A DNA stretch of 64,000 bases from Octopus sinensis (GCF_006345805.1 NC_043002.1:100564001-100628000); one strand, 5' to 3'. Positions 26,478 to 39,290 are shown, numbered from the stretch's first letter. Program-made: numbers and translations. Notes: generated from the sequence alone by a model not told the origin.

Positions 26478-26528
26478 ACAAAACTGTCTGATGAACGGCA
26501 ACGAGAAACTCAGAGTAACAGATTTTGT
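26478..26528 (+). ncRNA. Minimal type I hammerhead ribozyme motif (right arm, sense to the host gene)
   Basis: ACAAAACUGU-CUGAUGA(26488-26494)-A CG GCAA CG A-GAAA(26505-26508)-CUCAGAGUA|ACAG A UUUUGU; stem I 10 bp with a 1 nt bulge, stem III ACUC-A-GAGU, cleavage predicted after 26517. Confidence 0.75.
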
Positions 26529-27589
26529 TGAATTTTCTGCTGCTTTAATAAAGCATATTACTCTACCACTGGTATTTGAGTACTCTTTTTTTCCACCTTG
26601 TTTCACATTTATGTGTTTACTTCCTCGGTATAGATATATATATATATATATATATTGTGTGTGTTGTGTATGTGTGTGTGTATATGTATATATATATATA
26701 TTAATATATATATATATATATTATATATATATATATATATGCATATATCTCTGCTTGTTTTGTACACCAAAATGCACTGTCGCCAAAACAGCGCGAATGT
26801 TCAGTTAGTCACATCAGTGTCAGCGTCCAAACAGCTGTGCCCGGTTGTTTCATTCCGTTTTAATGCTGTCCATTCTATACCAAACGTTCAGATCGGGGTT
26901 TTGAGTTTGAGACTTCCTCTTTTTCACGAATCTCGTAGGTTCTGTACAAAAAAATAATAAAGTATAATGAGTAATCTCGTTTCCTTCACTTCCTGAATAA
27001 GCGATAATAGAAATAAGAATTAAAATATCAAAAGATATTGTCGACATTTTTTTCATTTATACTTTTTCATTGACTTTTCATTTATTTATAATTCTACGCG
27101 AATCCATCTTCAAGCATTCATTTATGGAAACAAAAAACAAAAGATTCCCGTCTTTCTGACATTTTAATTTGGATACTAGCGATAATTTTACTGACTTGGC
27201 AATAATTAAGCTTTAATGTAATTCTTTTTTTTCTGTTTTGTTAATGTTGAATATTATTATTATCATTATTATGAATTTTGTTTTTTCCTTTTTTAACCTT
27301 TATATATTTCTCTCTGTTCCGGATGTTAATTTCAAAGTTTTCATTTACTGTCTGTTTACTCGCTTCTGTCTCCGTTTTAAATGTGTGTGCATGTGTCTGT
27401 GTACATGTAAGATAATATAATACATACATATATACATAGGTATGTGTGTATATTTAAAAAAAAGGTAAAATACACACATTATATGTATGTGTGTATATAT
27501 ACATATATGCGTATATATGTATGTATATATATATATATGTATATGTACATATATATGTATGTATATATGTATACCTAATTATATGTAAG

Positions 27590-27631
<42 letters not shown>

Positions 27632-28030
27632 TGTATATATGTATATACATATATATTACGTGTGTATATATTTGTGTGTATATATATATACAGATATATA
27701 TATTTATATCTATCTATCTATATATATAGATAGATAGATATAGATATATATGTGTGTATATGTATATGTATGTGTATATATATATATATAGATATAGATA
27801 TATATGTGGGTATATGTATATGTATGTGCATATATATATATGTATGTATAATTATATGTATATATATAAGTATATATGTATACATATAAAATATCTATAT
27901 ATATATATATGTATATACATACATATGTAGATATGTATATATATATATATATATATTATATATATTTGTGTGTGTGTGGTGTATATATATATATATATAT
28001 TATATATATGTGTGTGTGAGTATATGTATG

Positions 28031-28076
<46 letters not shown>

Positions 28077-28148
28077 GTGTGTGTGTGGGTGTGTGTGTAT
28101 ATATATATATATTATATAGTGTGTGTGGTATATGTATGTGTATATATC

Positions 28149-28189
<41 letters not shown>

Positions 28190-28825
28190 TATATTATATA
28201 TACATATATATTTCGCGCTTGTGTATGTCTGTATGTTAAGAGACTGAAGTAATATTGCTAAATTATTTTCTATCAATTCGCCAAGTTTCTAATATTTAGT
28301 CTACTCTGTCGTATACCAAATTATTAACACATCATCTAGCGTGTTATATTTCTGAAAGAACAGGAAATATAAACAGCTGTATTTCAAACGCTGTGTTCGC
28401 TTATTTATAGCTATTTCTGTGTATCTGTGTATCTTCTAATGACTGGTTATTTTTTTTTTTGTTTGCATACCTATCGCTCTGTTTATGTGCATTTCTCTGT
28501 CTCTGTCTCTCTCTGTCTGTCTCTCACTATCTCTCTCTAAATATATATTATTATGCATACATGTACGTATATATAGACCATATATTCAAATATGTATACG
28601 TATGTGTCTTTGTGTGAGAGAGATCGTGTCTATTCATGTGTAAGATAGAATAATCCCGGATTACGTTACCCATGAAAGAACATATGTCAGACTCTGCATT
28701 ATGAGTGGAGGCTGCATTGAGCACTTTTATATTTTTGTACATAATAATATATACTTGCTTATGTGTGTGCGTGTGTGCGTTTATATATCTGTTTGTTTTC
28801 AATATAGACAGAAATACAGAAAGAC

Positions 28826-28917
28826 GGACAGACTGACAGACAGACAGACAGACAGACAGACAGATAGATAGATAGATAGATATAGACAGATAGATAGAGA
28901 TAGATAGATAGATAGAG

Positions 28918-28978
<61 letters not shown>

Positions 28979-29013
28979 TAGACAGATAGATAGAGATAGA
29001 TAGATAGATAGAG

Positions 29014-29066
<53 letters not shown>

Positions 29067-29127
29067 TAGACAGATAGATAGAGATAGATAGATAGAGATA
29101 GATAGATAGATAGAGATAGATAGATAG

Positions 29128-29216
<89 letters not shown>
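28826..29216 (+). repeat. (GACA)n-(GATA)n microsatellite, ~390 bp
   Basis: Direct inspection. Confidence 0.98.
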
Positions 29217-29313
29217 TTGTGGGTGTTTGTGTTGGCATAAAAAGTGGTAGTTAAATTATTTCATCTATTTTTCAAAATCTGTTTATCTCCCTCTCTCATC
29301 TCTCTCTTTCTCC

Positions 29314-29354
<41 letters not shown>

Positions 29355-29529
29355 TATATATATATATAGATATATATATATATTTATATATATATATATG
29401 GATAGATAGATATATGTATATATACCTACATATATGTGTGTGTGTATTTGCGTGCATGTGTGTATGTATATGTTACCGAAGAGCCATAAGCGAAACAAGA
29501 AATAATTTGTCGGACTAACAGTAATGGAT

Positions 29530-29690
29530 ATTACGTTATTTACATTATTCATATTCGACGGATTTTTGCCCCTTTGTTGTTAACACAACGTTTCGGTTGA
29601 TATACCCTCCAGCCACCTCCAGGTGTCTAGGGTTAATTTCGAACCTGGGTTCTCATTGCTAAGTTATTTTTCAATGTTGTTGTTGTTGTT
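29530..29690 (-). mobile_element. Penelope-like pLTR fragment with a mutated hammerhead (29583-29626)
   Basis: Minus strand ACAC-CUGGAGG-U-GGCUG..CAACC-GAAACGUU|GUGU; core differs from CUGAUGA. Confidence 0.65.
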
Positions 29691-29764
29691 GTTATTATTG
29701 TTATTATTATTATTAATGGATTGAATATGCTTTGTATATATATATATATATGTATGTATGTATG

Positions 29765-29799
<35 letters not shown>

Positions 29800-29897
29800 A
29801 TATATATGTATATATATGTATGTATATATGTATATGTATATATGTATATATATATGTATATATATATGTATGTATATATGTATATTATATATATGTA

Positions 29898-29986
<89 letters not shown>

Positions 29987-29987
29987 C

Positions 29988-30049
<62 letters not shown>

Positions 30050-30175
30050 CGTGTTCACTCAAGCCTGCTTGCTGATAATTTTTGTTCTAACTTGAAATAT
30101 AAAGTGAAACGATTGACATTCAGTAATACACCATTTCTATCATTTTTTTTTTTGTTATTGTTGTTGTTTTTGCAG

Positions 30176-30299
30176 CGAACAAATGTCTTTGAGTATCACA
30201 AAGTATTACGAATGGTTTCGGTTTGCTGTCCAAAAGTGGTTGATCATTGCGCAGCAGAAGGCTACAGCCCGTGTCAGCAAGGCAGTCGAAGTTGACACC
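30176..30299 (+). CDS. BAIAP3: BAIAP3-family exon 4 (phase 2-0): EQMSLSITKYYEWFRFAVQKWLIIAQQKATARVSKAVEVDT
   Basis: gtttttgcag acceptor, gtatgt donor; phase matches exon 3; WF..AV..WL...A..R...AV..D is the MHD1 pattern. Confidence 0.93.
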
Positions 30300-30555
30300 G
30301 TATGTTTGATTTTTTGATTTTTTATTTATGTGTTTCTTGTTGTTTCCTCTTTTGTTTCCACTAGTTTAACCTAACCATAGTACGATTAGTAAATCCGGTA
30401 AAGTGACCAAAAAATGCATTGTATTTATGTGTGGCGTACCATTACAGTCTCAGATCTAATCCTACACTGGTTGACTTCACATTTCTTCCTTCCTGGTGTC
30501 GATACAATAAATATCATATAAACACAGGATTTGGTCGAATCGATCATACGATATA

Positions 30556-30790
30556 CCTATTTCTTTACTACCCACAAGGGGCTACACATAGAGGGGACAA
30601 AGAAGGTCAGACACACGGATTAAGTCGATTATATCGACCCCAGTGAGTAACTGGTACTTATTTAATCGACACCGAAAGGATGAAAGGCAAAGTCGACCTC
30701 GGCGGAATTTGAACTCAGAACATAACGGCAGACGAAATACCACTAAGCATTTCGCCCGGCGTGCTAACGTTTCTGCCAGCTCGCCGCCTT
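30556..30790 (-). mobile_element. SINE family A, full length with a 20 bp TSD
   Basis: Near-identical to 48031-48264; TSD AATCGATCATACGATATACC (30538-30557) / AATCGATTATATGATATACC (30791-30810). Confidence 0.92.
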
Positions 30791-31135
30791 AATCGATTAT
30801 ATGATATACCCTCCACTCTCTAAATGTAAGTTTATACTCTCGTATCTAAATAAAAATTTAATACCATCATATTTCTTCAATAAATTTAGCTTTCTATTAT
30901 TAGTGGACTAGTTCAGTTGATATATTAATATTGGGTCTATTTTCTATCATTTGATGTGGTTCTCCAAAAGTAATGCTTTGTTGAAGAGGCGTCTTGTTTC
31001 TCGCATGTTTCAATTTAACCCTCATAAGATTATATCTTGCCTAAAACTTGAAAATAAGATTACAAAAATACAATTTCTAGAAACATTTGGGATAAAAAAA
31101 AAAACTCTTATTTTTAACAATCTAGAATTTTACAG

Positions 31136-31173
<38 letters not shown>

Positions 31174-31655
31174 CGCTCTTTTTTCTCCCCTTCTCTTTCT
31201 CTCTCTGTCTCCCTCTTTATATCTCCCTCTCTCTCACTCTCTCTCTCTCTCTCTCACACGCACACACACACACGCACACACATTTATATCCTCTCCATAC
31301 CAGTTTCTCCCTGTTTCTCATTGTCTCTCTCCTATTTCTTTTTTATCTTTTTTGATCGTTTGTTGGCTTCTAAGTATTTTTTCTTTAAACAGAAAATTTA
31401 ATCTGAAGTATGTCATACGTTTTCAAGAACAGACGTATGAATCAATCTACGCTGAATAGTCTGCAAACAAGTGTTTACATCAGAGGTGATATACATGCAC
31501 ATATATATGTTTGTGTATGGGGAAGGGTGCGTCTGTATGTATATATACCTATATTTGTGTGTGTGTGCGCGCACATATACAGATGTATGTACACACACAG
31601 ACATATACATAATTATGTATATATATATATATTTTTTTTAATTTATTTTATAGAA

Positions 31656-31702
31656 GGAGCTTCTACAGGACTAGAACTGTTTCATTCAAAAGAAATCATC
31701 AT
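31656..31702 (-). ncRNA. 5'-truncated hammerhead relic
   Basis: Minus strand (A)UGAUGA-UUUC UUUU GAAU-GAAA-CAG..CUGUA|GAAGCUCC; C3 and the stem I 5' strand are replaced by (TA)n. Confidence 0.5.
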
Positions 31703-31726
31703 ATATATATATATGCATATATATGC

Positions 31727-31777
<51 letters not shown>

Positions 31778-31848
31778 ATGTGTATGTGTGTGTGCGTGTG
31801 TGTATGTATATCTATATATATATACACATTATGCATATATATACATAC

Positions 31849-31879
<31 letters not shown>

Positions 31880-32022
31880 GTTTGTGTATGTGTGTATGTA
31901 TATATGAATTTGTACGTGGAATATTAAAATCTTCAAGAATAGTTATTCAATATATGCACACATGTACACATTGTACACATTCATACTCATACACACAAAT
32001 TGATATATATATATATATATTC

Positions 32023-32336
32023 CAGTGTTATTACCACTCCAAATATGCTTGATGCACGATCGAACTGGGGAATAAAATACTCACTGCGTTTTGTCACGGA
32101 GAGTATATCTCGCTTGTTGATGACAAATGGTGTGTATGCACCTACATCACCTCGCAGCGCCATCTACCTAGACTCTGAGATGCTAGTATTATGAAGTAGC
32201 TATCTCCTCATCGGTCACAGACACTAAGCAGACGACACTACGAATTATGCTTTTCCAGTCCCCTAAACGATGACTGGCAGCGCTATACGGTGTCTCACCG
32301 TACGTATATTACGGAGAGGGACTGGTAATAACAAGG
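32023..32336 (+). mobile_element. MITE with CAGTGTTATTACCA-type TIR (hAT-like), copy 1
   Basis: 5' CAGTGTTATTACCA, 3' TGGTAATAACAAGG; the first 265 bp are duplicated at 34097-34361. Confidence 0.65.
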
Positions 32337-32823
32337 CTATTTCATTGTGGCCTCCCCTTTCTTAAAACGTGGTAGGACTGGGATTGAGGGACATTTAGCT
32401 GCTATAGATAACTAGGTTTCGACCGTGTTTGACTCACATTTTTATGGATTTATTTTCTTAAGTTGGTGCATGACTACAAATGTTTATAGGGATTATGATA
32501 TTGGGATTAGCGTATTTCAAGAGCATTAACAGCTTTAAAACTTACATCGAAGGAATGTCAATGATTGACAATAATGATGGCGCCAGTCACAACAGACAGC
32601 AGGCTAATGCACTAAACTATCAAGTTGGCCATCTAAGGCTTTCAAAAGAAAAAAATGACATTTCGTTAGCAACGAAATCTTACCCGACATTATTAACCCC
32701 ATAACAGCTAAATTAGCAATAAACAAAAACAAAAATATTATCTCTTTAGCTTCTTTATCAGTTTAAAGAACATAATCCTTGTAGAGAAAACTCAGTTTAT
32801 ACACGCACACACACACACACATA

Positions 32824-32882
<59 letters not shown>

Positions 32883-32888
32883 AAGATA

Positions 32889-32926
<38 letters not shown>

Positions 32927-32929
<3 letters not shown>

Positions 32930-33085
32930 GCTCAGACATGACTGTATGGTTAAGACGCTAGTTTTGCAACAACATGGTTTCGGGTTCGGTCCCATTGCAT
33001 GGCATCTTTGATAAATGTCTACTATAATATACCATGTCAACCAATACGTTGACGGAAACTGAAAAGAAACCGTTGCACACACACA
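32927..33085 (+). mobile_element. SINE family B head, diverged
   Basis: GACTGTATGGTTAAG..CATGGTTTCGGGTTCGGTCCCA..GACGGAAACTGAAAAGAA. Confidence 0.65.
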
Positions 33086-34096
33086 CACATATATATATAT
33101 ATATTATATATATATACATATATATATATATATAATATATATATATTATATATCTATATATATATAATATAAATGCACACGCTTTAATTATTCTGTTACA
33201 GTTGTCGCATATTACAAAATTACAAGTGCATGAAAACATACAGAATCCTCATCGAAGCTTGCAAATTTATCATTCTCTTCTCATAATACCGTTGTATTTG
33301 AAGCATTAAGAATTGTAGAATATCATAGGAGGGAAGAAAATTTCAGGGAGTAATAGGTCTTCGTGAGAAGTTTGGACCAATATTTTGCATAAATGCAGCA
33401 TGAGACAAGTTAGCTCAAGCTGGACTTGGTGGAGAAATATCTATTTCCCCAGAAGCTCTTAACAATCGAAGGTGAAAGAGAGGAAAGCTTGTAGATGTGT
33501 GTGTGTAGGCGTCGAATTTCAAGATGAAGACTGTCATTGATTAAAACAATGGACCGTTTATTCTTCTGGGTCGAAGAAATAAAGCTCGTTGAAATATCAG
33601 TCTCCTTCATCCTCCATAATATAATAATTTTTTGGCCTTGCTAAATACTATATTTTACTGGTACGTATTACATCAAACACGTGGAGGTAATCGGTGAAAT
33701 TAAACCTATTGGGATATGAACTCGGAAAGCTAAAGAACATAATTAAGACCTAGAAGGAGGTTTGTTTCGAATTGTAGCAGTTCTTCCATCCGCAGCACTA
33801 TTTTCTAAATAATGTGTAGAGGAGTTTAAGCAAATGTCTGTGCATAGAATCGAACCACAGAATAAACTGGGCTTTCGATGATTTGCAAAAATATATACTG
33901 TAATATACATTAACCCATATAAGCCCATAAACATATATATTCACTGTATTTAGATTAAACGTTGGGGTAACAATCTGGAAGAGAAGGACAGTATGCAACT
34001 GTTAGCTACGGGTGTCGACTCCCTACTGAACATTTTGTATGCCCAGTTAGATGCTTCCCGGCGAGTTCATGTCCAAACAAGTAGGAGCAGGCTTTG

Positions 34097-34361
34097 CAGT
34101 GTTATTACCACTCCAAATATGCTTGATGCACGATCGAACTGGGGAATAAAATACTCACTGCGTTTTGTCACGGAGAGTATATCTCGCTTGTTGATGACAA
34201 ATGGTGTGTATGCACCTAGATCACCTCGCAGCGCCATCTACCTAGACTCTGAAATGCTAGTATTATGAAGTAGCTATCTCCTCATCGGTCACAGACACTA
34301 AGCAGACGACACTACGAATTATGCTGTTCCAGTCCTCAAAACGATGACTGGCAGCGCTATA
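34097..34361 (+). mobile_element. MITE copy 2, 3'-truncated
   Basis: About 5 differences from 32023-32287 over 265 bp. Confidence 0.75.
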
Positions 34362-34724
34362 TGGGCTTAATAATATACAGTCGCAATGTTTTGTTTTTTT
34401 CATAAAATAATTAATTCATATTAGTTTATATTTGTTAGTATAAAACTGTGGAGAAACTGATGTATTATGTTGTTTGTATAAATGTGTTTATATCTTAATG
34501 GTTTGGTCAGAGAGGGAATGTTAGCGCTCCTGGCAGGGTCTCCAGGACTGATGAGAGGTAAAACTGGAGTTGTTTTCAGATTAGGTATCTGAAATACATG
34601 GTTACATAAGAGTGGACCCTAAAAATGTAAGCAACGGTCAGTTGGAGATGTTGAACCAACTGAAGGATTAAATTCCCAGCCAAGAACAAGCGCAGTTCAC
34701 TCGATGAGCTTCCATACAGTTCTC

Positions 34725-35486
34725 GGATCTTTACCTTTTGACCGACAGATCTAAAACATAATTTTTTGTAACTAAACATTTTCAAACTTCGGACACTGGT
34801 AGAATGTGTCATATGAAACATCTTTTACTCTTAGCGTTTTTGAGAAACGCTTATATTTAGGAAGTTATTTCACGTTAAAGTTGTAGTATTTCGGTAATTT
34901 CAACCAAGGAATGACGTGTATTCAGCTGAATAAAATTACTGCTGCTGTTTGTCAACAAGAACTTCCGGCGTTGTGAATTTCGTTTGTCACTGTTATTTAT
35001 GACAACCCTAACCCTAACACCTTAACCCTAACCCTAAAACCCTAACCCTAACCCTAAAACCCTAACCCTAAAACCCTAACCCTAAAACCCTAGCCCTAAC
35101 ACCCTAACCGTAACACCCTAACCCTAAAACCCCCAACCCTAACCCCAAAACCCTAACCCTAAACCTAAAACCCTAAACCTAAAACCAGTACTAGCGCACG
35201 AACTATGTCATAAATAACAGTGACAAACGAAAAATACACCGCCGATAGTTGTTGTTGACAAACAATAGCAGTAATTTTATTCAGCTGAATACACGTCATT
35301 GTTTGGTTGAAATTACCGAAATACTACAACTTTAACGTGAAATAACTTCCTAAATATAAGCTTTTCTCAAAAACGCTAAGAGTAAAAGATGTTTTATATG
35401 ACACATTCTACTAGTGTCCGAAGTTTGAAAGTGTTTAGTTACAAAAAATATAATTTTTAAATCTGTCAGTCAAAATGTAAAGATCC
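34725..35486. mobile_element. Non-autonomous TIR element (~280 bp TIRs, 8 bp TSD) carrying a telomere-like array
   Basis: Ends GGATCTTTACC.. / ..GTAAAGATCC; TSD CAGTTCTC (34717-34724) / TAGTTCTC (35487-35494). Confidence 0.85.
35004..35186 (+). repeat. Interstitial (CCCTAA)n / (CCCTAAAA)n telomere-like array
   Basis: Direct inspection; reads (TTAGGG)n variants on the minus strand. Confidence 0.95.
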
Positions 35487-35494
35487 TAGTTCTC

Positions 35495-35640
35495 ATCAAT
35501 GAAATACCACTCACAAGGCTTTGGTCGACCAGAGAACCATAGTAGAAGACACTTGACCGAGATGCTGGGCAGTGGAATCGAACCTCAAAGCAAGGATGAA
35601 AAGTTAAATCTTTTAACCACACAGTCATGTCTGTGCACAC
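35495..35640 (-). mobile_element. SINE family B head relic
   Basis: CCACTCACAAGGCTTTGGTCG..ATAGTAGAAGACACTTG..CAGTGGAATCGAACC. Confidence 0.7.
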
Positions 35641-36325
35641 CTCTTTGTAATGACGGCTTAGTACCCTTTTGTTCTGTTCTTTATCTCCTTCGATTGGTCT
35701 ATTTTGATGATTAGGTGAGTTAGGTACTGTTGGAATTTTCTCAGACGATATAACATAGATATAAAGTAATATATTATGCAAGCTGTCGTAGGTGTAACAC
35801 AGCGTTGGGGAGGATAACAGGATGTGGAAAAATCATGTAAATACTTATAGGGTTTGCAGAAAGTAAGTTTAGAGAAAGGACAGTTCAGATCAAAAGACAC
35901 AGCTATAGCGTATTTCTATCTTAAAATATAAATCTACATATTGGATTAATATTAACAAAAGCACATTACTATTAACCAAGTATTCTCTTCCTTAATCAAT
36001 TTACGAGATTTTTCTTTTCTCCTTTTATGTAACTTATATAACTAAGTTTCTGTGCAATGAATTTTTAAAATCTTTATTTATATAGATTCTGTTAACCTAT
36101 TGCTATTTTATTCATAGATTATTATTACGATGTTAAGCCATGTTTTTATTCTGTATAAAAAAAGAAATTGACATTTTCTTTTATTCAATGTTTCCAAATG
36201 ATTGTATGTTGGTTTGTTTGCTACACTACTTGATTATGTTTCATTACACACCAGTTAAACGAATAAAAGTGAAAGCCTTGAGCGTATCATTTTGCTTGTT
36301 ATTTTTTCTTTTGATCTATTTTAAG

Positions 36326-36394
36326 GTGTATAGCAACATCTGTAACGCAAAATACAGTTCTTCGGCGGTGGACGTTTGTAGTCTTTTCAATCAC
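36326..36394 (+). CDS. BAIAP3: BAIAP3-family exon 5 (phase 0-0): VYSNICNAKYSSSAVDVCSLFNH
   Basis: ctattttaag acceptor, CAC|gttcgt donor; KYSSSAVD matches the family (H/Y)SSSA motif. Confidence 0.88.
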
Positions 36395-36519
36395 GTTCGT
36401 ATGATTACATTTCTTGCAATCTAATTTCTTTGTATTCAAGACCAATTAAAAAGAACATTTCATTTTGTGTTAACGCAAGGGAAAATGAAAAATATTTAAA
36501 CTTCATTAGAAATTGACAC

Positions 36520-37570
36520 ACCCAGTCTCAAAAAAATTTTTTTCTTAACTAATTGACATTTCTTTTCAGTTAATGTACATACGTAGCATTTGCTTTTAAA
36601 AAATCTGTTTTTCAAAATATTTGTAAGTGCTTTCATAGGATTGAATTCAATTAATATATATTAAATATCAGCCATGTGAATAAAAGATTAAAATAAATTT
36701 ATACATGCAATATGTAGATTAATTTTCGTTTCTAATTTTTATAAGATAAAAACCCGACATAAATATATTACTGGTACATATTTCTCAAAATCTTGAGATT
36801 TGTAAACAACGGTAGCAAAAACAGAATACATTTTGGTAAATAAGCATTTTATTTTGTTTCTCGTGTGACACAAAATTTGCTGCTTTTGTTGCTCAACAAT
36901 ATTTGATTACTCGTATTCAAAGACTCCATTTGCGTAAAAATGTTCTTTTCGTATTTTTTCTTTTACATTATCAATAGTAAACGCAATTTCCTTCGTTTTT
37001 TACTTTCCCGTAAGTGAGCATTTGTGTGAACAATGGACTGACGTCGTCGATAGAAAGTCCGGAAAAATGCTTATTCTAGTTCTCTCAAAAAGGACTTTGC
37101 CTTTCATCTTTCTTGGAGATGGTCGATACAATAAAGTACAATTCAAATGCTGCTTTGACATAATAGCCCATTTCCTCCTTCAAAGTGTTTAACGTTGTTG
37201 CTTGGTAAAAATCAATATTAAGCGAGATAAACATATTTATGGCATTTTTAGTTCCAATTTGATTGAGGTTGATTTCACTCATTCACCCTCCATAATCATG
37301 TTTTATGAACTTTTGATGTAAATCTCTCTGTGCTTAACACAAAATCTAACATTATCCTTCAACCCCGGAGTTTCCACTAGATATTGCTAGTCTTAAAAAG
37401 TTTTATCTATGTTTGATTTCCACGGCAGTCATACGTATGATACTTCAACCCCGCTTTTCTCCATTACTTACGATGCGCTCTCTTAATCATAGATTCATGT
37501 ATTAATTGTTTTCATTCCAACAATAAACATACAAATAAAGGTTTCTAAATTGAGTATAAGGCCACACATT
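36520..37570 (-). mobile_element. Heavily degraded Tc1/mariner-like relic
   Basis: Minus-strand peptide fragments LRERIVVMEKSGVEV and TLKEEMGY weakly resemble transposase HTH regions. Confidence 0.3.
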
Positions 37571-38494
37571 TAATGAGAAGTGTTGTAGATTATATTCACC
37601 CTAGGATATCACTGTTACTTACAAGTGTAATAATATGATGGTGTAGAAATGTAATCTGTCATTGAGAATGATGTGTGAATAGTTCGAAGAAGAGTATTCT
37701 GTCGTTCGATTAACTGAGCAACTTATTCCCTGAATGAGCGTATAAACAGCTGAGCATTCTACATATGCGTAAACCGTTCATGTAATTCTTAAATAGTCAG
37801 TTAGATACAGTATGTGACAACAGTGGATTGTTGAGTCACACTCTCAGTTCCCTCCAACAGCTTTCCATTTGGTTTCCATTTGCCCAGTGTCACTCACAAG
37901 GCGCGATTAGACTTGAGGTAATGACGAAAGACAGTTATCCAAGCTGACACGAAACGGTCGAAACCAGGTTCTCATGATTACAAAGCGAAGGTATTAACCG
38001 TTCAGGCATATTTGATTTCATATAAGTAATACATGAAGAATATATTTCAGTTATAAGGATCGCTGAAATCGACTGATAATGCTGATTTTCGAGTTTTTCA
38101 AGGAAGATTTTGTGGTCACGCTCTGACAAATCTTTAAACTGTTTTAGCTTTATATAATGATGACGTTGATCCCAGGAGCTATGTGATTCGTCCATCAACG
38201 TACTCACCAGAGGGATCTAGTAATCCTGATTACGCTTGTTTATAACTTCGTTTCACGGAAAATTGTATATTTGTTTATTTTATCGTTAGAAATTCGTTAG
38301 AAATTCCTAAAATTCTAAAGATAGTGTGAAGTTGGCCCTCAATTTGGAATGATTCGTTAGATAACGTTTTAATAATAAACGAATTAGCTGTCTTTTTCAG
38401 CTAAAATTAAGAAAAATGTTTCAGAAAGTCTAATAATCTTTGAAGATTCCAAATTCATTCGTTTGTATTGACTCACCCAACTTTCTCGTTATAG

Positions 38495-38569
38495 ATGGTG
38501 GATTTTTGGACAAATCTTGAATGGCCGGAACCATGCGACGCCTATACATTTACTGCTAACCTCACACAG
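38495..38569 (+). CDS. BAIAP3: BAIAP3-family exon 6 (phase 0-0): MVDFWTNLEWPEPCDAYTFTANLTQ
   Basis: ctttctcgttatag acceptor, CAG|gtaggg donor; W..L.WP.P motif. Confidence 0.93.
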
Positions 38570-38972
38570 GTAGGGACAATATTTCGATGTTACTATTTTA
38601 ATTTTACAAATTTTTCTTATTTCTCAAAATTCAAGTTTAATTTTCTTGCTAACATCTTACAAAGACATTTTACGATCCCAACCTGTATGCCACTCTATCT
38701 CTCCTTTTTTCCCCTTTTTTTCTCCTTTTTCCCTGTCTTTTTCTATAAGAAATTAACAGCTAACACAAATCAATGATAACAAAAGCTTCGTTGTCTAGGT
38801 GTCACATTTCAATTATTAACAATTTTTTGCATACGTCTGTCGGTACATCACCAGCAATCCAAGTTATATTTACATCTAAAACCAAATTTTCGGAGTTTAG
38901 GTAACAATATTTGTATTTAACAACTGGCATTGAATGATCGGTCTCATCAATACACTAAATTTCATTTTTCAG

Positions 38973-39074
38973 AATATTTGTGACAACGCAGTCAGATATG
39001 CTGATTTGATCCATGATAAGCTGTGTGCGTCCGGATTTTATGACGAGGAAGGTCAATTTGATGTTTCGGAACAG
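38973..39074 (+). CDS. BAIAP3: BAIAP3-family exon 7 (phase 0-0): NICDNAVRYADLIHDKLCASGFYDEEGQFDVSEQ
   Basis: ttcatttttcag acceptor, CAG|gtaaac donor. Confidence 0.93.
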
Positions 39075-39101
39075 GTAAACATATTATTAATATTGCTATT
39101 A

Positions 39102-39290
39102 AGGTGGCGAGTTCACAGCATCGCTAGCACGCCGAGCGAAATGCCGAGGTCGACTTTGCCTTTTATCCTTTCGGGGTCGATTAAATAAGTACCAGTTACG
39201 CAATGGGGTCGATATAATCCACTTAATCCGTTTGTCTGTCCTTGCTTGTCCTGTCTGTGTTTAGCCCCTTGTAGGTAGTAAAGAAATAGG
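39102..39290 (+). mobile_element. SINE family A with an internal deletion
   Basis: GAAATGC|CGAGGTCGAC junction removes the B-box region; tail as in the 48031 copy. Confidence 0.88.

Larger units (their letters stand above)
26391..26554. mobile_element. Near-perfect 164 bp palindrome: head-to-head dimer of a hammerhead-bearing pLTR fragment
   Basis: Arms ~80 bp, 3 nt loop AAT (26472-26474), one substitution and two 1 nt indels; abuts (TA)n. Confidence 0.92.

Noticed and set aside
34548-34600. CTGATGA followed by a downstream GAAA
   Set aside because: No stem II, stem III or stem I pairing; likely a chance heptamer
35004-35186. Telomeric repeat as a chromosome end or fusion scar
   Set aside because: The array is short, single-orientation and centred inside a TIR element with a TSD
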